DNA from: an uncultured Bacteriovoracaceae bacterium
Lineage (GTDB): Bacteria; Desulfobacterota; Desulfomonilia; UBA1062
NCBI GenBank assembly: GCA_964400685.1
Contig: CAYNVT010000001.1
Location: 41,845-105,844 of the forward strand
DNA length: 64,000 nucleotides
Direction: 5' to 3'
Shown: positions 40,487 through 51,108 of the stretch, piece after piece
Position numbering within the stretch: the stretch's first letter is position 1
How the letters are laid out: each line of letters opens with the position of its first letter
The notes under the pieces: model-generated
Seen by the model: only the letters and a program-made list of their open reading frames with translations
Database searches by the model: none
What the model was told of the DNA's origin: nothing
Program-made: the position numbers and the translations under genes

Positions 40487-41830
40487 TTAATCGATTCTGA
40501 CTCCCTGTCTTTTAAGGGCCTTTTGCACTTTTTTTATATCAACCTCTCTGCAAGTAACACCGTCCTTAAGGGATTGTGCCGCAGCAATTCCAGCACCCTG
40601 TCCTGTTACTGTGCAGCACATCATCTGTCTTGTAGCTGCATGGGACAGTTTATCACCGGCGACACAACGGCCAGCTACTAGGAGGTTTTCAACCTTCAGA
40701 GGAAGAATTATACCATAGGGAACATGAAAGTAACGGCCAGTACTTGGCATTATGGCGGTTTTATTGCCGTCAAGAAATTCAGGGAATATTCCAATGGAGT
40801 CATCAAAATGCGCCTGGTTTAACATCTCTTCACCGGTGATATTATATTCACCAATGATTTTTCTCGATTCCCTTGTACCAAGGGAAGCGCCCATTGTTCT
40901 GAGTCTGGATTTTTCAAAACCGGGAGTAAATTTCTTCAAGGCCTCAACCGCCCACATGACATGCTGCCTTCCCTCGATTTCAGCCTTTGTAAGATCCCAG
41001 ACATCTGTACAGTCATAATTCGGCATATGAACTGCGTTGAGTGTCCTGATCTCTCCCGCATCGGTAAAGTCGTTCCAGTAGCTTTCCAGATGGGCATATT
41101 CCGGTATATCGCCGTTTTTCTTTGCCTTTTCAAAAGGCTCAACAAGGTAGGTGCTGAACTCGCCTCCTTCTTTATCACCGGAGTTCTGGCCCCAGTCCGC
41201 AATCGTCGTTCCCCTGTTTAATATATAATCAAGAAATACCTGGACATCTACGCCACTGCATCCGAAATTCACAGATACAGGCTCCAATATCTCTTTCGGG
41301 TCGAGACGGTATGGAGCACCGGCATGAAAGGCAACATCCGCATCACCCGAGGCATCGATAACTCTCTTGGCAAGAATCGCCTGTCTTCCTGACTTGCTCT
41401 CTGTAACAACACCAGCAATGGTATTTCCCTCCATGATCACATTTACTGTTGTGCAATGAAGAAGGGGAATTATCCCCGCTTCCTTGACCATTGTATCAGC
41501 GATATACTTGAAGACTTCAGTATCAAGAATTTCATAAAAGAATATGCTGAGGCTTGCCCCCATCTCTTTTGCACGTTTCTCGAATTCAACACCTATTCCA
41601 CCGGCATCCACAACCTTCTCATTGGACCTGTACCAGGCAATAGTCCCAACAATTGATTGTGTTATGTTGCCTCCAAAGCATCCGTAACGTTCAACGAGCA
41701 TCGTATCAACACCTTCTCTTGCGGATGCCAGGGCTGCAGAGAGACCGCCTGGTCCGCCGCCGATTACAAGAACATCAGTTTCAGCAATTACTGGAATCTT
41801 TCTTATTCTTTCTTCAATGTATTTAATCAA
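40487..41830 (-). CDS. FAD-dependent oxidoreductase (PF12831-like)
   Basis: N-terminal DVLVIGGGPGGLSAALASAREG dinucleotide-binding motif. Confidence 0.7.
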   Translation of the reverse strand: MIKYIEERIRKIPVIAETDVLVIGGGPGGLSAALASAREGVDTMLVERYGCFGGNITQSIVGTIAWYRSNEKVVDAGGIGVEFEKRAKEMGASLSIFFYEILDTEVFKYIADTMVKEAGIIPLLHCTTVNVIMEGNTIAGVVTESKSGRQAILAKRVIDASGDADVAFHAGAPYRLDPKEILEPVSVNFGCSGVDVQVFLDYILNRGTTIADWGQNSGDKEGGEFSTYLVEPFEKAKKNGDIPEYAHLESYWNDFTDAGEIRTLNAVHMPNYDCTDVWDLTKAEIEGRQHVMWAVEALKKFTPGFEKSRLRTMGASLGTRESRKIIGEYNITGEEMLNQAHFDDSIGIFPEFLDGNKTAIMPSTGRYFHVPYGIILPLKVENLLVAGRCVAGDKLSHAATRQMMCCTVTGQGAGIAAAQSLKDGVTCREVDIKKVQKALKRQGVRID

Positions 41831-42540
41831 ATGCTACCTCCAGCAATATCCTTTTTCGATATAAATGATGCGCATATTGTTGCATGTTCCCGGGCAAGTT
41901 TTCTTGCCAGCTCCACATCCTTATCTATGATAGCCTCCAATATGGGCCTGTGCCTTTCAAGGGCTTCCACCCTATCTTCAATGCTTCGGGCATACCTGAT
42001 CAGGAATGCCTGGATATGGCGGAAGAGAGCCTGATACATGGCAATAAAAAACTGGTTGCCTGACATTTCAACAAGAGCGAAGTGGAAGTCATAGTCCCGT
42101 CTGGCAAATAGTTCAGGGTCATCTAATACATTTTCATCATATTTAAGCAGACCTTCAAGGAAGGTGATCTGATCGGCTGTGCGAGTTTTTGAAACTTTAG
42201 CAGCAACTTCAGATTCAATCAGGTTCCTGGCTTCAACAAGATCATTCATCCGATTGAAATCATGGTTTGGAAATAGAGGAATGAGAACATTATCCAGGGC
42301 GGAAACGCTGATGGATTTTGTGACATATGCGCCCTTGCCATGTCGCACATGAATAATTCCGAGTGCTGCCAGTCTTGCAAGGGCTTCTCGCAGGGTAAGA
42401 CGGCTCACAGAGTATTCCTGCAGCATTACCTGTTCACTTGGCAACTGATCTCCAGGCCCGAATTCACCGTTCCTGATGCGTTCTTTTAAACTTTCGACAA
42501 TGGCTTTCGTGGCTGTAACCCGAAGAAGGGGAATAGACAT
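41827..42540 (-). CDS. GntR-family transcriptional regulator (FadR subfamily: wHTH + FCD)
   Basis: An EQVMLQEYSVSRLTLREAL helix-turn-helix (HTH) and a C-terminal helical FadR C-terminal domain (FCD). Its start overlaps the FAD-oxidoreductase stop. Confidence 0.85.
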   Translation of the reverse strand: MSIPLLRVTATKAIVESLKERIRNGEFGPGDQLPSEQVMLQEYSVSRLTLREALARLAALGIIHVRHGKGAYVTKSISVSALDNVLIPLFPNHDFNRMNDLVEARNLIESEVAAKVSKTRTADQITFLEGLLKYDENVLDDPELFARRDYDFHFALVEMSGNQFFIAMYQALFRHIQAFLIRYARSIEDRVEALERHRPILEAIIDKDVELARKLAREHATICASFISKKDIAGGSI

Positions 42541-42581
42541 AAATCCTCCTGAAGAAACGTATATCTTATATAACCATGTTA

Positions 42582-42610
42582 CTTATATTACTCATCTGAT
42601 GAGTTGTCAA
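42582..42610 (-). promoter_or_regulatory. sigma70 promoter of the GntR operon with an embedded operator
   Basis: On the minus strand: TTGACA (from 42605-42610), a 17-nt spacer, then TATAAG (from 42582-42587). The 15-bp palindrome ACTCATCtGATGAGT at 42590-42604 sits inside the spacer. A GGAGG RBS follows before the ATG at 42540. Confidence 0.6.
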
Positions 42611-42821
42611 TATAGAATTCTTTTGCCAATCACTTAAGGTTCTTGCAAGAGTCCATTTTGAGTCAAATCAGATACTTTCGAGAACCGTCATGTTGAGAAA
42701 GTCATTAATAAAACCTTTTAAAGTGATACAACTAAACATTTTTGATTTTGCGTGTGTTTTGGTGATTTAAATTTGAGAAAATTTAGTCTGTTTTGATATT
42801 TACATAGTCCTCCCGGAATAT

Positions 42822-45131
42822 TCAAACTGACGGGCCACTCTTTATCATAGCTGTTAATGAAGTATTTATGGAAGCCTTTATTGTCAGGACACCTGAAGCG
42901 TTATCATATAAGTCTTTATCTATAGTACATCTATTTGCCTCGATCCTGTATGAGACAAAGTTCCTGCCGTGCAAGATGAAAGAAACATCTCTTTTTCGAG
43001 GCTGGCCGGAAAAGGCCCCAGTGGCAGGATCAACTGTTATTTCAATACCGGAATCCGGGTAATTACTGAAAGTGAATTTCTGTGTGGATGATTCGCCCTG
43101 CTGATAGGAAAGAGTGGAGAAGTCGTCTTCATATAATACGGCAGCACCGTCAAACGGAGGGAAGATGTGGACTTCGATTTCATCGAACCTGTGGCTATCA
43201 GGAATGAATTGAAGGATTTTACCCAGGATTACTGGTTTGCCGCCCCTTATAAAAAGCGGCAGGTGTCCGTCATCCACAGGCACATCGAACCATCCCGGCC
43301 CTTCGAACCTTTTCTCATTCCACCATGAGTACCAGGGTCCTTTCGGGAAATAGACCTTGATTGATTTTACCCCGGGTTCAAGCACGGGGGCCAACATCAG
43401 CGCATCGCCGATCATCGGTTGTTGCCAGACGGGTCTTGAGTGAGGGTCATCGGGGAACTCCAGATAAAGAGGCCTGATAATAGGAATGCCCGTGTCAAAG
43501 GCTTCGCGTGCAAGACGGTAATAATACGGCAGCAGCCTCATTTTCAGATTGATATGCCGCCTGAAGTTTTCCTCGCATTCCTTATCAATCCCCCAGGGAT
43601 TCCTGTTAGGATCATGGGGCGAGGAAAAATATCTCGACAAGGGGCTGAAAATTGACCACTGGGAATAGCGGCGGTGAAGTTCGGCTGACGGAGATTTGTA
43701 GAGCGAAAGCACATCTGCACCCCAATACGCATAGCCCAGCAGGCTCATGTTGAGTCCGCATCTCATGGTTGCAGCGATATGTTTGAATTCCGGTGTCTGG
43801 TCGCCCAAAAATATTCCGGGAAAGCGCTGGGTGCCTGCCCAGTTTGTCCTGGAAAAGACAAGGGCCCTTTTATCTCCATGGTATTCCTGGCATCTTTCGA
43901 AAAGCGCCTTCGTATAATAGAAACAGTAGATGTTATGATATTCCTCGTCATCAAGCCCGATTGATGATCTGGAGCCCTTCGGGAGATATTCCGCACCGTC
44001 GTTCTTGAAGAAATAAACGCCCTGATCGAGAAGCGGCTTCTGCTTGTCAAACCACCAGTCGCATGCTTTCTCATTTGTGAAGTCGACAGCGCCACCCCTG
44101 CCCAGCCACCATGTGACATTGTCGTGGGCGAAGTAGCCTTTTCTTATGCCCTCATTGAAATTGTCCATTGCATAGTCTTTTGACAGCAAAGGGACACCAT
44201 CCGGGGCGTTTTTGACATAAAGCCTTACAAGAAATTTATATAAAGGATACGTATCCCTGTTTATATATGGCGTATAGATAAGGCCTGTCTTTATCCCTGT
44301 TTCTTTCATCTGAGAGAGCATCTTTACCGGATCGGGGAAAATGGACCTGCGCCACTTGAAATCGGAAAAGGCCTGCTGCCAGTGATAATCAAAGATGACT
44401 GCATCCAGCGGGATCTGCTTTTCTCTGTGCTTTCGTATGCGGGTCAGGGTTTCATTCTGGTTTTCGACAGGGTAGGCGGTATTCCACAGGCCGAAGGCCC
44501 AGAGAGGCAAAAGGGGCGGCCTGCCTGTGAGAGTTGTATAATTTGTAATTATCTCCTTGAAGTCAGTCCCGGCTATTACGAAAAAATCAAGACTTCCGCC
44601 TGAAAACCTGACTGACAGCTTTCCCACGGGTTTGTTGATTTTAACTTTTGCCCTGTGTGCATTCAAGATGAATATCATATAGCCGCGGTCGCTCAAAAAG
44701 CATGGGAACGCCGAATATGTCTGCTTATGCTGCAGGAAGGCCGGTGATTCGAGGTTGTGAATGGTAAACACACCACTTTTTCTTCTGAATGCGTTAAACC
44801 ATTCACCGAAACCGTAAAAGCCTTCGTCTTCACAGGTGTCGATTTCAAACGAATGCCGGACAGGGTCGGCATGAATCTTAAGGGTTTTATCTCTAAAACT
44901 TATTATAACCTGTCCTTTGTTTCCATCATATGAGATTCCCGAAAAGCATGTCGAAGAAATGTTTTCGTGATATTCATGAGGGATAAGCACATCCCTGACG
45001 AATCGCGCTTCACTAGAATCGTCATCTGAAAGAGTTATCCTGACAATATTTTTTCCGGTAAAAAGAATCCTTGAATCAGAAGAAATATTTTTTCGGATAA
45101 TATTATTTAAAAAACCAAGTTGATTTTTCAT
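42822..45131 (-). CDS. glycoside hydrolase family 31 (alpha-glucosidase / alpha-xylosidase / sulfoquinovosidase-type)
   Basis: 769 aa. GH31 blocks: IPLDAVIFDYHWQ, a GGAVDFTNE catalytic region and GIFLGDQ. Confidence 0.85.
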   Translation of the reverse strand: MKNQLGFLNNIIRKNISSDSRILFTGKNIVRITLSDDDSSEARFVRDVLIPHEYHENISSTCFSGISYDGNKGQVIISFRDKTLKIHADPVRHSFEIDTCEDEGFYGFGEWFNAFRRKSGVFTIHNLESPAFLQHKQTYSAFPCFLSDRGYMIFILNAHRAKVKINKPVGKLSVRFSGGSLDFFVIAGTDFKEIITNYTTLTGRPPLLPLWAFGLWNTAYPVENQNETLTRIRKHREKQIPLDAVIFDYHWQQAFSDFKWRRSIFPDPVKMLSQMKETGIKTGLIYTPYINRDTYPLYKFLVRLYVKNAPDGVPLLSKDYAMDNFNEGIRKGYFAHDNVTWWLGRGGAVDFTNEKACDWWFDKQKPLLDQGVYFFKNDGAEYLPKGSRSSIGLDDEEYHNIYCFYYTKALFERCQEYHGDKRALVFSRTNWAGTQRFPGIFLGDQTPEFKHIAATMRCGLNMSLLGYAYWGADVLSLYKSPSAELHRRYSQWSIFSPLSRYFSSPHDPNRNPWGIDKECEENFRRHINLKMRLLPYYYRLAREAFDTGIPIIRPLYLEFPDDPHSRPVWQQPMIGDALMLAPVLEPGVKSIKVYFPKGPWYSWWNEKRFEGPGWFDVPVDDGHLPLFIRGGKPVILGKILQFIPDSHRFDEIEVHIFPPFDGAAVLYEDDFSTLSYQQGESSTQKFTFSNYPDSGIEITVDPATGAFSGQPRKRDVSFILHGRNFVSYRIEANRCTIDKDLYDNASGVLTIKASINTSLTAMIKSGPSV

Positions 45132-46837
45132 TCCAAGACAGCTCCCCTTGCCGCGGAACCAACCAGCTTTACATATCTCTGCATATAACCCTGCGGGATA
45201 TGTTTTGATAAGGGTTTAAAGCCTGCAAGCCTTGACTCAAGTTCCTTTTCCGTCAGATTAACGGTGAGTTTCCTGTTCGGAATGTCGATTGTTATTTCAT
45301 CTCCGTTATTTATTACGGCAATTGGACCGCCTGAAAAGGCCTCAGGTGATACATGACCTATGCATGGACCGGATGTCGCACCGGAAAACCGGCCATCTGT
45401 TATCAGTGCTACACGTTTGAACCCGGCCAGATCCAACCCCATTGTCATAGCAAGTGTCTCAGCCATTCCCGGTCCGCCTTTAGGTCCCTCGTACCTGATA
45501 ACGACAACTTCGCCCTCCGTGATATTCTTTTCTCGGATAGCCTTGAGTGCGTCGGCTTCTGAATCAAATATATGAGCGGGTCCGGTAAAAACCAGCATGT
45601 CATTTGCGACTGCAGACTGCTTGACTATAGCCCCGTCGGGTGCAAGATTTCCGAACAGTGCTACTGTTCCCCCTTCAGTAAGATATGGGGAGTCTTTGCT
45701 TCTTATTACTGATGAATCCTTAATAGCTGCAAAGGAGGTAATTTCTCCCATCGTGTATCCGGAAACCGTTATGCAGTCCAGGTGCAAATCATCGGCTAGC
45801 ACTTTCATTACACCCGGAATGCCTCCTGCGGTAAACAGGTCGATAATTCCATGCGGGCCGTTAGGTGAAATGCTCAATAAGGTAGGTATTTTCCTGTTGA
45901 AATCATTAAATTTTGAAATGGGAAATTCGACGCCCAGCTCATTTGCGATTGCCGGAAGGTGAAGGGCCGAATTGGTTGAGCCTCCTATTGCAAGGTCTAC
46001 TATCAGGGCGTTTTCAATGGACTTTTCCGTAAGTATTTTTCTTGCGGTCAGGCCCTCTTCAACCATCGCCACTATCCGCTTTCCTGAATTCCTTGCCGCA
46101 AGGAGCTTTCCTGAATGCCAGGCCGGAATGCTGGCCGTACCCGGCAGGGTAAGTCCAAAGGCCTCTGCAAGGGATTGCATCGTGTTTGCAGTTCCCATCA
46201 GTTCACAGGAGCCGCATGTCACTGCAGTTGCGCAGGAAAGTTTATCGAGAAGGTCATCATAAGTCTTGTGGTCTATGCTGCCCTCGTAGGTGTGCTTCAG
46301 CCTGATTTCCCAGGCATTCGGCCCTCCGGTTATAAAGATGGAAGGCAGGTCAAGCCTGGCTGCAGCCATTATCATTCCCGGGATTATCTTGTCGCAGCCT
46401 GCAATAAAGATTATCCCATCATACCGCATGCTTCTTACATGGGTTTCTATAATGTCTGCAATCAGGTCGCGCTGTGCCAGAACAAATCGCATGCCTTCAT
46501 GACCTTCGGTAATGCCGTCGCATGGCGCAGGGACATTGAACTCAAAAGGAACCCCGCCGGCTGCATGAACCCCTTCTTTGGCCCGCTGCGCGAGGAGCGA
46601 CAAATGCATATGTCCCGGATTAATATCGGTTGCAGAAGATGCTATTGCTATCAGGGGCTTTTCTTTAAGCTCCTCCATATCGCATCCAGTACCCTGAAAA
46701 ATGTGCTTACGGACCAGGCTTATAGGAAAATCAGCATCATCGAAAATAGGCATACTCTGTGGCTTTTTCATTAATTCCTCCAAACAGTGGATTAAGTACT
46801 TATTTTTAAGCAATATGTCAGATTTAAAAGTTGTCAA
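45128..46837 (-). CDS. IlvD/EDD-family dehydratase (dihydroxy-acid or sugar-acid dehydratase)
   Basis: Collinear with IlvD (IASSATDINPGHMHL, FEFN..CDGITEGHEGM, AGCDKIIPG). The start is uncertain. Its stop overlaps the GH31 start as ATGA. Confidence 0.8.
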   Translation of the reverse strand: MTTFKSDILLKNKYLIHCLEELMKKPQSMPIFDDADFPISLVRKHIFQGTGCDMEELKEKPLIAIASSATDINPGHMHLSLLAQRAKEGVHAAGGVPFEFNVPAPCDGITEGHEGMRFVLAQRDLIADIIETHVRSMRYDGIIFIAGCDKIIPGMIMAAARLDLPSIFITGGPNAWEIRLKHTYEGSIDHKTYDDLLDKLSCATAVTCGSCELMGTANTMQSLAEAFGLTLPGTASIPAWHSGKLLAARNSGKRIVAMVEEGLTARKILTEKSIENALIVDLAIGGSTNSALHLPAIANELGVEFPISKFNDFNRKIPTLLSISPNGPHGIIDLFTAGGIPGVMKVLADDLHLDCITVSGYTMGEITSFAAIKDSSVIRSKDSPYLTEGGTVALFGNLAPDGAIVKQSAVANDMLVFTGPAHIFDSEADALKAIREKNITEGEVVVIRYEGPKGGPGMAETLAMTMGLDLAGFKRVALITDGRFSGATSGPCIGHVSPEAFSGGPIAVINNGDEITIDIPNRKLTVNLTEKELESRLAGFKPLSKHIPQGYMQRYVKLVGSAARGAVLE

Positions 46838-47022
46838 GATTTACTTCAATCAAGCATGGATTTGACTGGCATCTATTAAACGGTTAAAGTCCTGCCTCTG
46901 ATAGAAAAAGTCGACATCAAGAGGGGAACACAAGTCTGACAAAGGGAACACGCAAGTATTGACGTATCAATAATATTATGGCATGAGGCTATCACTTCTA
47001 AAAAACCAAAGGAAATTAAGCC

Positions 47023-48320
<1,298 letters not shown>

Positions 48321-48376
48321 GTGTTTTGTAAATATCTTTTCTTGACTGACAGCGCGAGGAAACCTAAATTCTGACA

Positions 48377-49303
48377 ATGGAGAATCTGATATTATTTATC
48401 GTGAGGCTTATTCCGAGAGATATCGGATTGTCATTCTTCAGAATCCTTGGCCTTATCCTCTTTTATCTGATGCCAAACCGCAGAAGGATAGCTTTAACAA
48501 ATCTTGAAATCTGTCTCGGCAGAGAGAAGAACACAGAGGAAAGGAAAAGGATAGCAAAAGAAAGCTTCAAGAATTCCATTGCAATCGGGTTTGATTTTCT
48601 GAAGGTATTGCAGTTGCCCCCTGAAGAGCAGTCAAAACTGGTGAAAGTATCTGGCGAGGAAAACCTGATCGATGCCCTTGAGATGAAAAAGGGTATCTTT
48701 GCCGTAAGCGCTCACCTAGGGAATTTCCCTCTCATGCTTACCTTCATGTCAAAAAGGGGCTTGAAGGTAAATGTCGTGACAAGGCAGATCAAGGCGAAAT
48801 GGGCTGACAGGCTGTATACAGGAATGCTTAACCGTTTTGGAACGGGTACTATCACTAAAGACAGGGTCGCGCTGGGCATCATAAAGGCATTAAAAAATAA
48901 AGAGATCATCGGATATGTTCTGGATCAGAACATGCAGACGGATACCGGGATATTTGTGGATTTCTTCGGCAGAAAGGCCTCCACTATAAGAGGGCTTGCC
49001 ACATTTACAAACAAATACGGCAGTCCGATCCTTCCAGCATATGTCGTAAGTTCTCCAGAAGGTCACAGGATATTTATTGATAAACCCTATATATTTGATT
49101 CTTCACAGGAGAATGAACTCGAGCTTACACAGCGCTTCACTTCTCTAATCGAGAGCTGGATAAGAAAATATCCCGAACAGTGGATATGGTATCACCGTAG
49201 ATTTAAAACGAGGCCGGCAGGAGAGGATCGTATCTATCCGAGAAAATTGAGTCTGACAAAACGCTACAGGAGATGGAAAAGGCAGAGGCATATAAATGAC
49301 TGA
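48377..49303 (+). CDS. lipid A biosynthesis (Kdo2-lipid IVA) acyltransferase, LpxL/LpxM family
   Basis: 308 aa with a hydrophobic N-terminal anchor and a lysophospholipid acyltransferase (LPLAT) fold; LpxL/HtrB-like. Confidence 0.7.
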   Translation: MENLILFIVRLIPRDIGLSFFRILGLILFYLMPNRRRIALTNLEICLGREKNTEERKRIAKESFKNSIAIGFDFLKVLQLPPEEQSKLVKVSGEENLIDALEMKKGIFAVSAHLGNFPLMLTFMSKRGLKVNVVTRQIKAKWADRLYTGMLNRFGTGTITKDRVALGIIKALKNKEIIGYVLDQNMQTDTGIFVDFFGRKASTIRGLATFTNKYGSPILPAYVVSSPEGHRIFIDKPYIFDSSQENELELTQRFTSLIESWIRKYPEQWIWYHRRFKTRPAGEDRIYPRKLSLTKRYRRWKRQRHIND

Positions 49304-50729
49304 AAAGGGCAGGATACCCGAAGGATTCAAAAGAGAGCTTGAATCGCGGTTCGAAGGGTATTCCTGGGAAATAATCAAATCCTCATCAAAACGTAGTGTT
49401 TATCACCTCCTCAGAGGCGGGCATCCGGGAGTTTATCTAAAGGTTTACCACCCGAAAGGTTTATTTCAGAAAATAAATAATCTCATTTCCCCAAGAACAA
49501 AAAGAGAGGCGGATATGCTGGAAAAGCTTGCTGCTTCAGGAATATCTGCAGCAGAGGTGCTGGCTCATTTCCGTTCCGGTGTATATTCGGCCATTGCTGT
49601 CAGGGAAGTCGAAAACATCCGGCTTCTGAGCTGTTTCGAAAGAGATTTTCAGGAGAGGATCCTATTTTCAGTTACAAAGGATTTTCTTGAACGCGGTTTT
49701 GTACATTTTGATCTCCATCCGGGCAACATATTGATTGATAAAAGCAATAATTACGTACTGATTGACTGTTATGAGGTTCAGAAAAAAAATAGTATCGGTA
49801 TTTCAAACTGGATCAGTTCGTTTGCTTCGGCGGCATCTGTATATGGCACAACACTGCCTGAACTGAAAACGCTGATTCCGGAAGAGTTTGAAAGTATGCT
49901 GGGTACTGTTTCAGAAATGGCTGGCAGTATCCGTCGTAAAAGGGCAGCAAGGCATATCAGAAGGTCTCTCTCGGAAGGCAGCTTCAGCAGAATTGAAAAT
50001 AACGGAGATTATAAGGCAATAGTGAGAAGAGATGAAACACTTGATCTGAATCAGATTATAAATCTTCATTGCGAGAATCTCCGGGAAGGTTCAAATCTTC
50101 TGAAGGTACAGGAAAAGACGCAGGTTTCGATTTCCGGTACATATTGCGCAAAGTCCTATAAAAGGTCTCCGGCATTTCTTGAACCTTATGCGCAAAGGTC
50201 ATGGAAAGGTTCGCTTGTCCTTATGTTCAACGGGTTCAGAACGGCTGAACCTGCCGCCTGCATAGTCTTCAGAGATAGATCGAGCATGCTCATCAGCAGG
50301 AAGCTCGAGTATCCACAGCTGGACAGGCTTCTTCACAGCGGGGGATTGGCTGGGACTGAACGGAAAAACCTGGCAGCCATGCTCGGCCGGACCGTCGGAA
50401 TGATGCACATGTCCGGCATCTTTCATGCAGATCTGAAGGCATGCAATATATTCATCGATACAGAAAGGAACGAGGCAGTCTTCATCGATACCGACAGGAT
50501 TGTTCAGTCAGGACGTGTTGCAAGAGAAAAGAGGTTCAGAAACCTCATGCAGATCGGGCTCAGTATCCCGCGATGTTTTGCGATGGAATCTGGCAGGGAC
50601 ATGATCAATGCATATGCGGCCCGGACCGGCGATGATGCACAATTTCTGATCGGTGAATTGAAAAGACAGATGAAAGGTAAAGAAGTAATTTATACAACGG
50701 AAAAAGGGGACAGATTCGAGGTGTTTTAG
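49296..50729 (+). CDS. lipopolysaccharide kinase (Kdo/WaaP/InaA) family protein with two tandem kinase-like domains
   Basis: First half has FVHFDLHPGNILID; second half has GIFHADLKACNIFID..DTDRI. It overlaps the upstream acyltransferase gene by 8 nt. Confidence 0.6.
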   Translation: MTEKGRIPEGFKRELESRFEGYSWEIIKSSSKRSVYHLLRGGHPGVYLKVYHPKGLFQKINNLISPRTKREADMLEKLAASGISAAEVLAHFRSGVYSAIAVREVENIRLLSCFERDFQERILFSVTKDFLERGFVHFDLHPGNILIDKSNNYVLIDCYEVQKKNSIGISNWISSFASAASVYGTTLPELKTLIPEEFESMLGTVSEMAGSIRRKRAARHIRRSLSEGSFSRIENNGDYKAIVRRDETLDLNQIINLHCENLREGSNLLKVQEKTQVSISGTYCAKSYKRSPAFLEPYAQRSWKGSLVLMFNGFRTAEPAACIVFRDRSSMLISRKLEYPQLDRLLHSGGLAGTERKNLAAMLGRTVGMMHMSGIFHADLKACNIFIDTERNEAVFIDTDRIVQSGRVAREKRFRNLMQIGLSIPRCFAMESGRDMINAYAARTGDDAQFLIGELKRQMKGKEVIYTTEKGDRFEVF

Positions 50730-51064
50730 CTTTCCTTGAGGATGCTGCCAGGGTCTGTTCTGACCTTTTCAAGCTTTGCCTTGAAATCATCCGATGGTTC
50801 AACGCCGGCCTTTTTGAGCATGCGTTCCGCTTCCAGTCCAATGTTGCGGGTGTCGCTGAAGAAGCTGTCGGATTTTCTTGAACTCGGATCATAAGAGGCG
50901 AGTCTGTCAGATTGAGACCCGTGGTAATTGACCTTTGAGATGATCTTGTTAAGCGCGTCCGAACCGCATGATTCACATTTGAGTCCTGCAGGGGATGAAA
51001 ATCCCTGAACCAGGACACTCGTTACATGAAGGCAAGATGTGCATTTGTATTCATAAATCGGCAT
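50726..51064 (-). CDS. FmdB-family zinc-ribbon protein
   Basis: MPIYEYKCTSC...CESCG. Confidence 0.7.
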   Translation of the reverse strand: MPIYEYKCTSCLHVTSVLVQGFSSPAGLKCESCGSDALNKIISKVNYHGSQSDRLASYDPSSRKSDSFFSDTRNIGLEAERMLKKAGVEPSDDFKAKLEKVRTDPGSILKES

Positions 51065-51074
51065 AGGTCTAATA

Positions 51075-51108
51075 AAAAAGGGCGGGGCGACAGCCCCGCC
51101 CTTTTGTT
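51075..51108 (-). terminator. rho-independent terminator after dnaK
   Basis: Plus strand aaaaagGGCGGGGCgacaGCCCCGCCcttttgtttt; on the minus strand this is a hairpin followed by a U-run. Confidence 0.8.

Noticed and set aside
46115-46774. 219-aa plus-strand ORF inside the IlvD/EDD dehydratase gene, and similar ones in dnaK (51131..53001 set), GH31 and the DUF4010 gene (9821..10381)
   Set aside because: Same reasoning: antisense or out-of-frame shadows of confidently identified genes.
46960-47000. Possible sigma54 (-24/-12) element TGGCATgaggcTATCA upstream of rpoZ
   Set aside because: The GG-N10-GC spacing is not satisfied, and there is no nearby enhancer-binding-protein (EBP) gene or upstream activating sequence (UAS).
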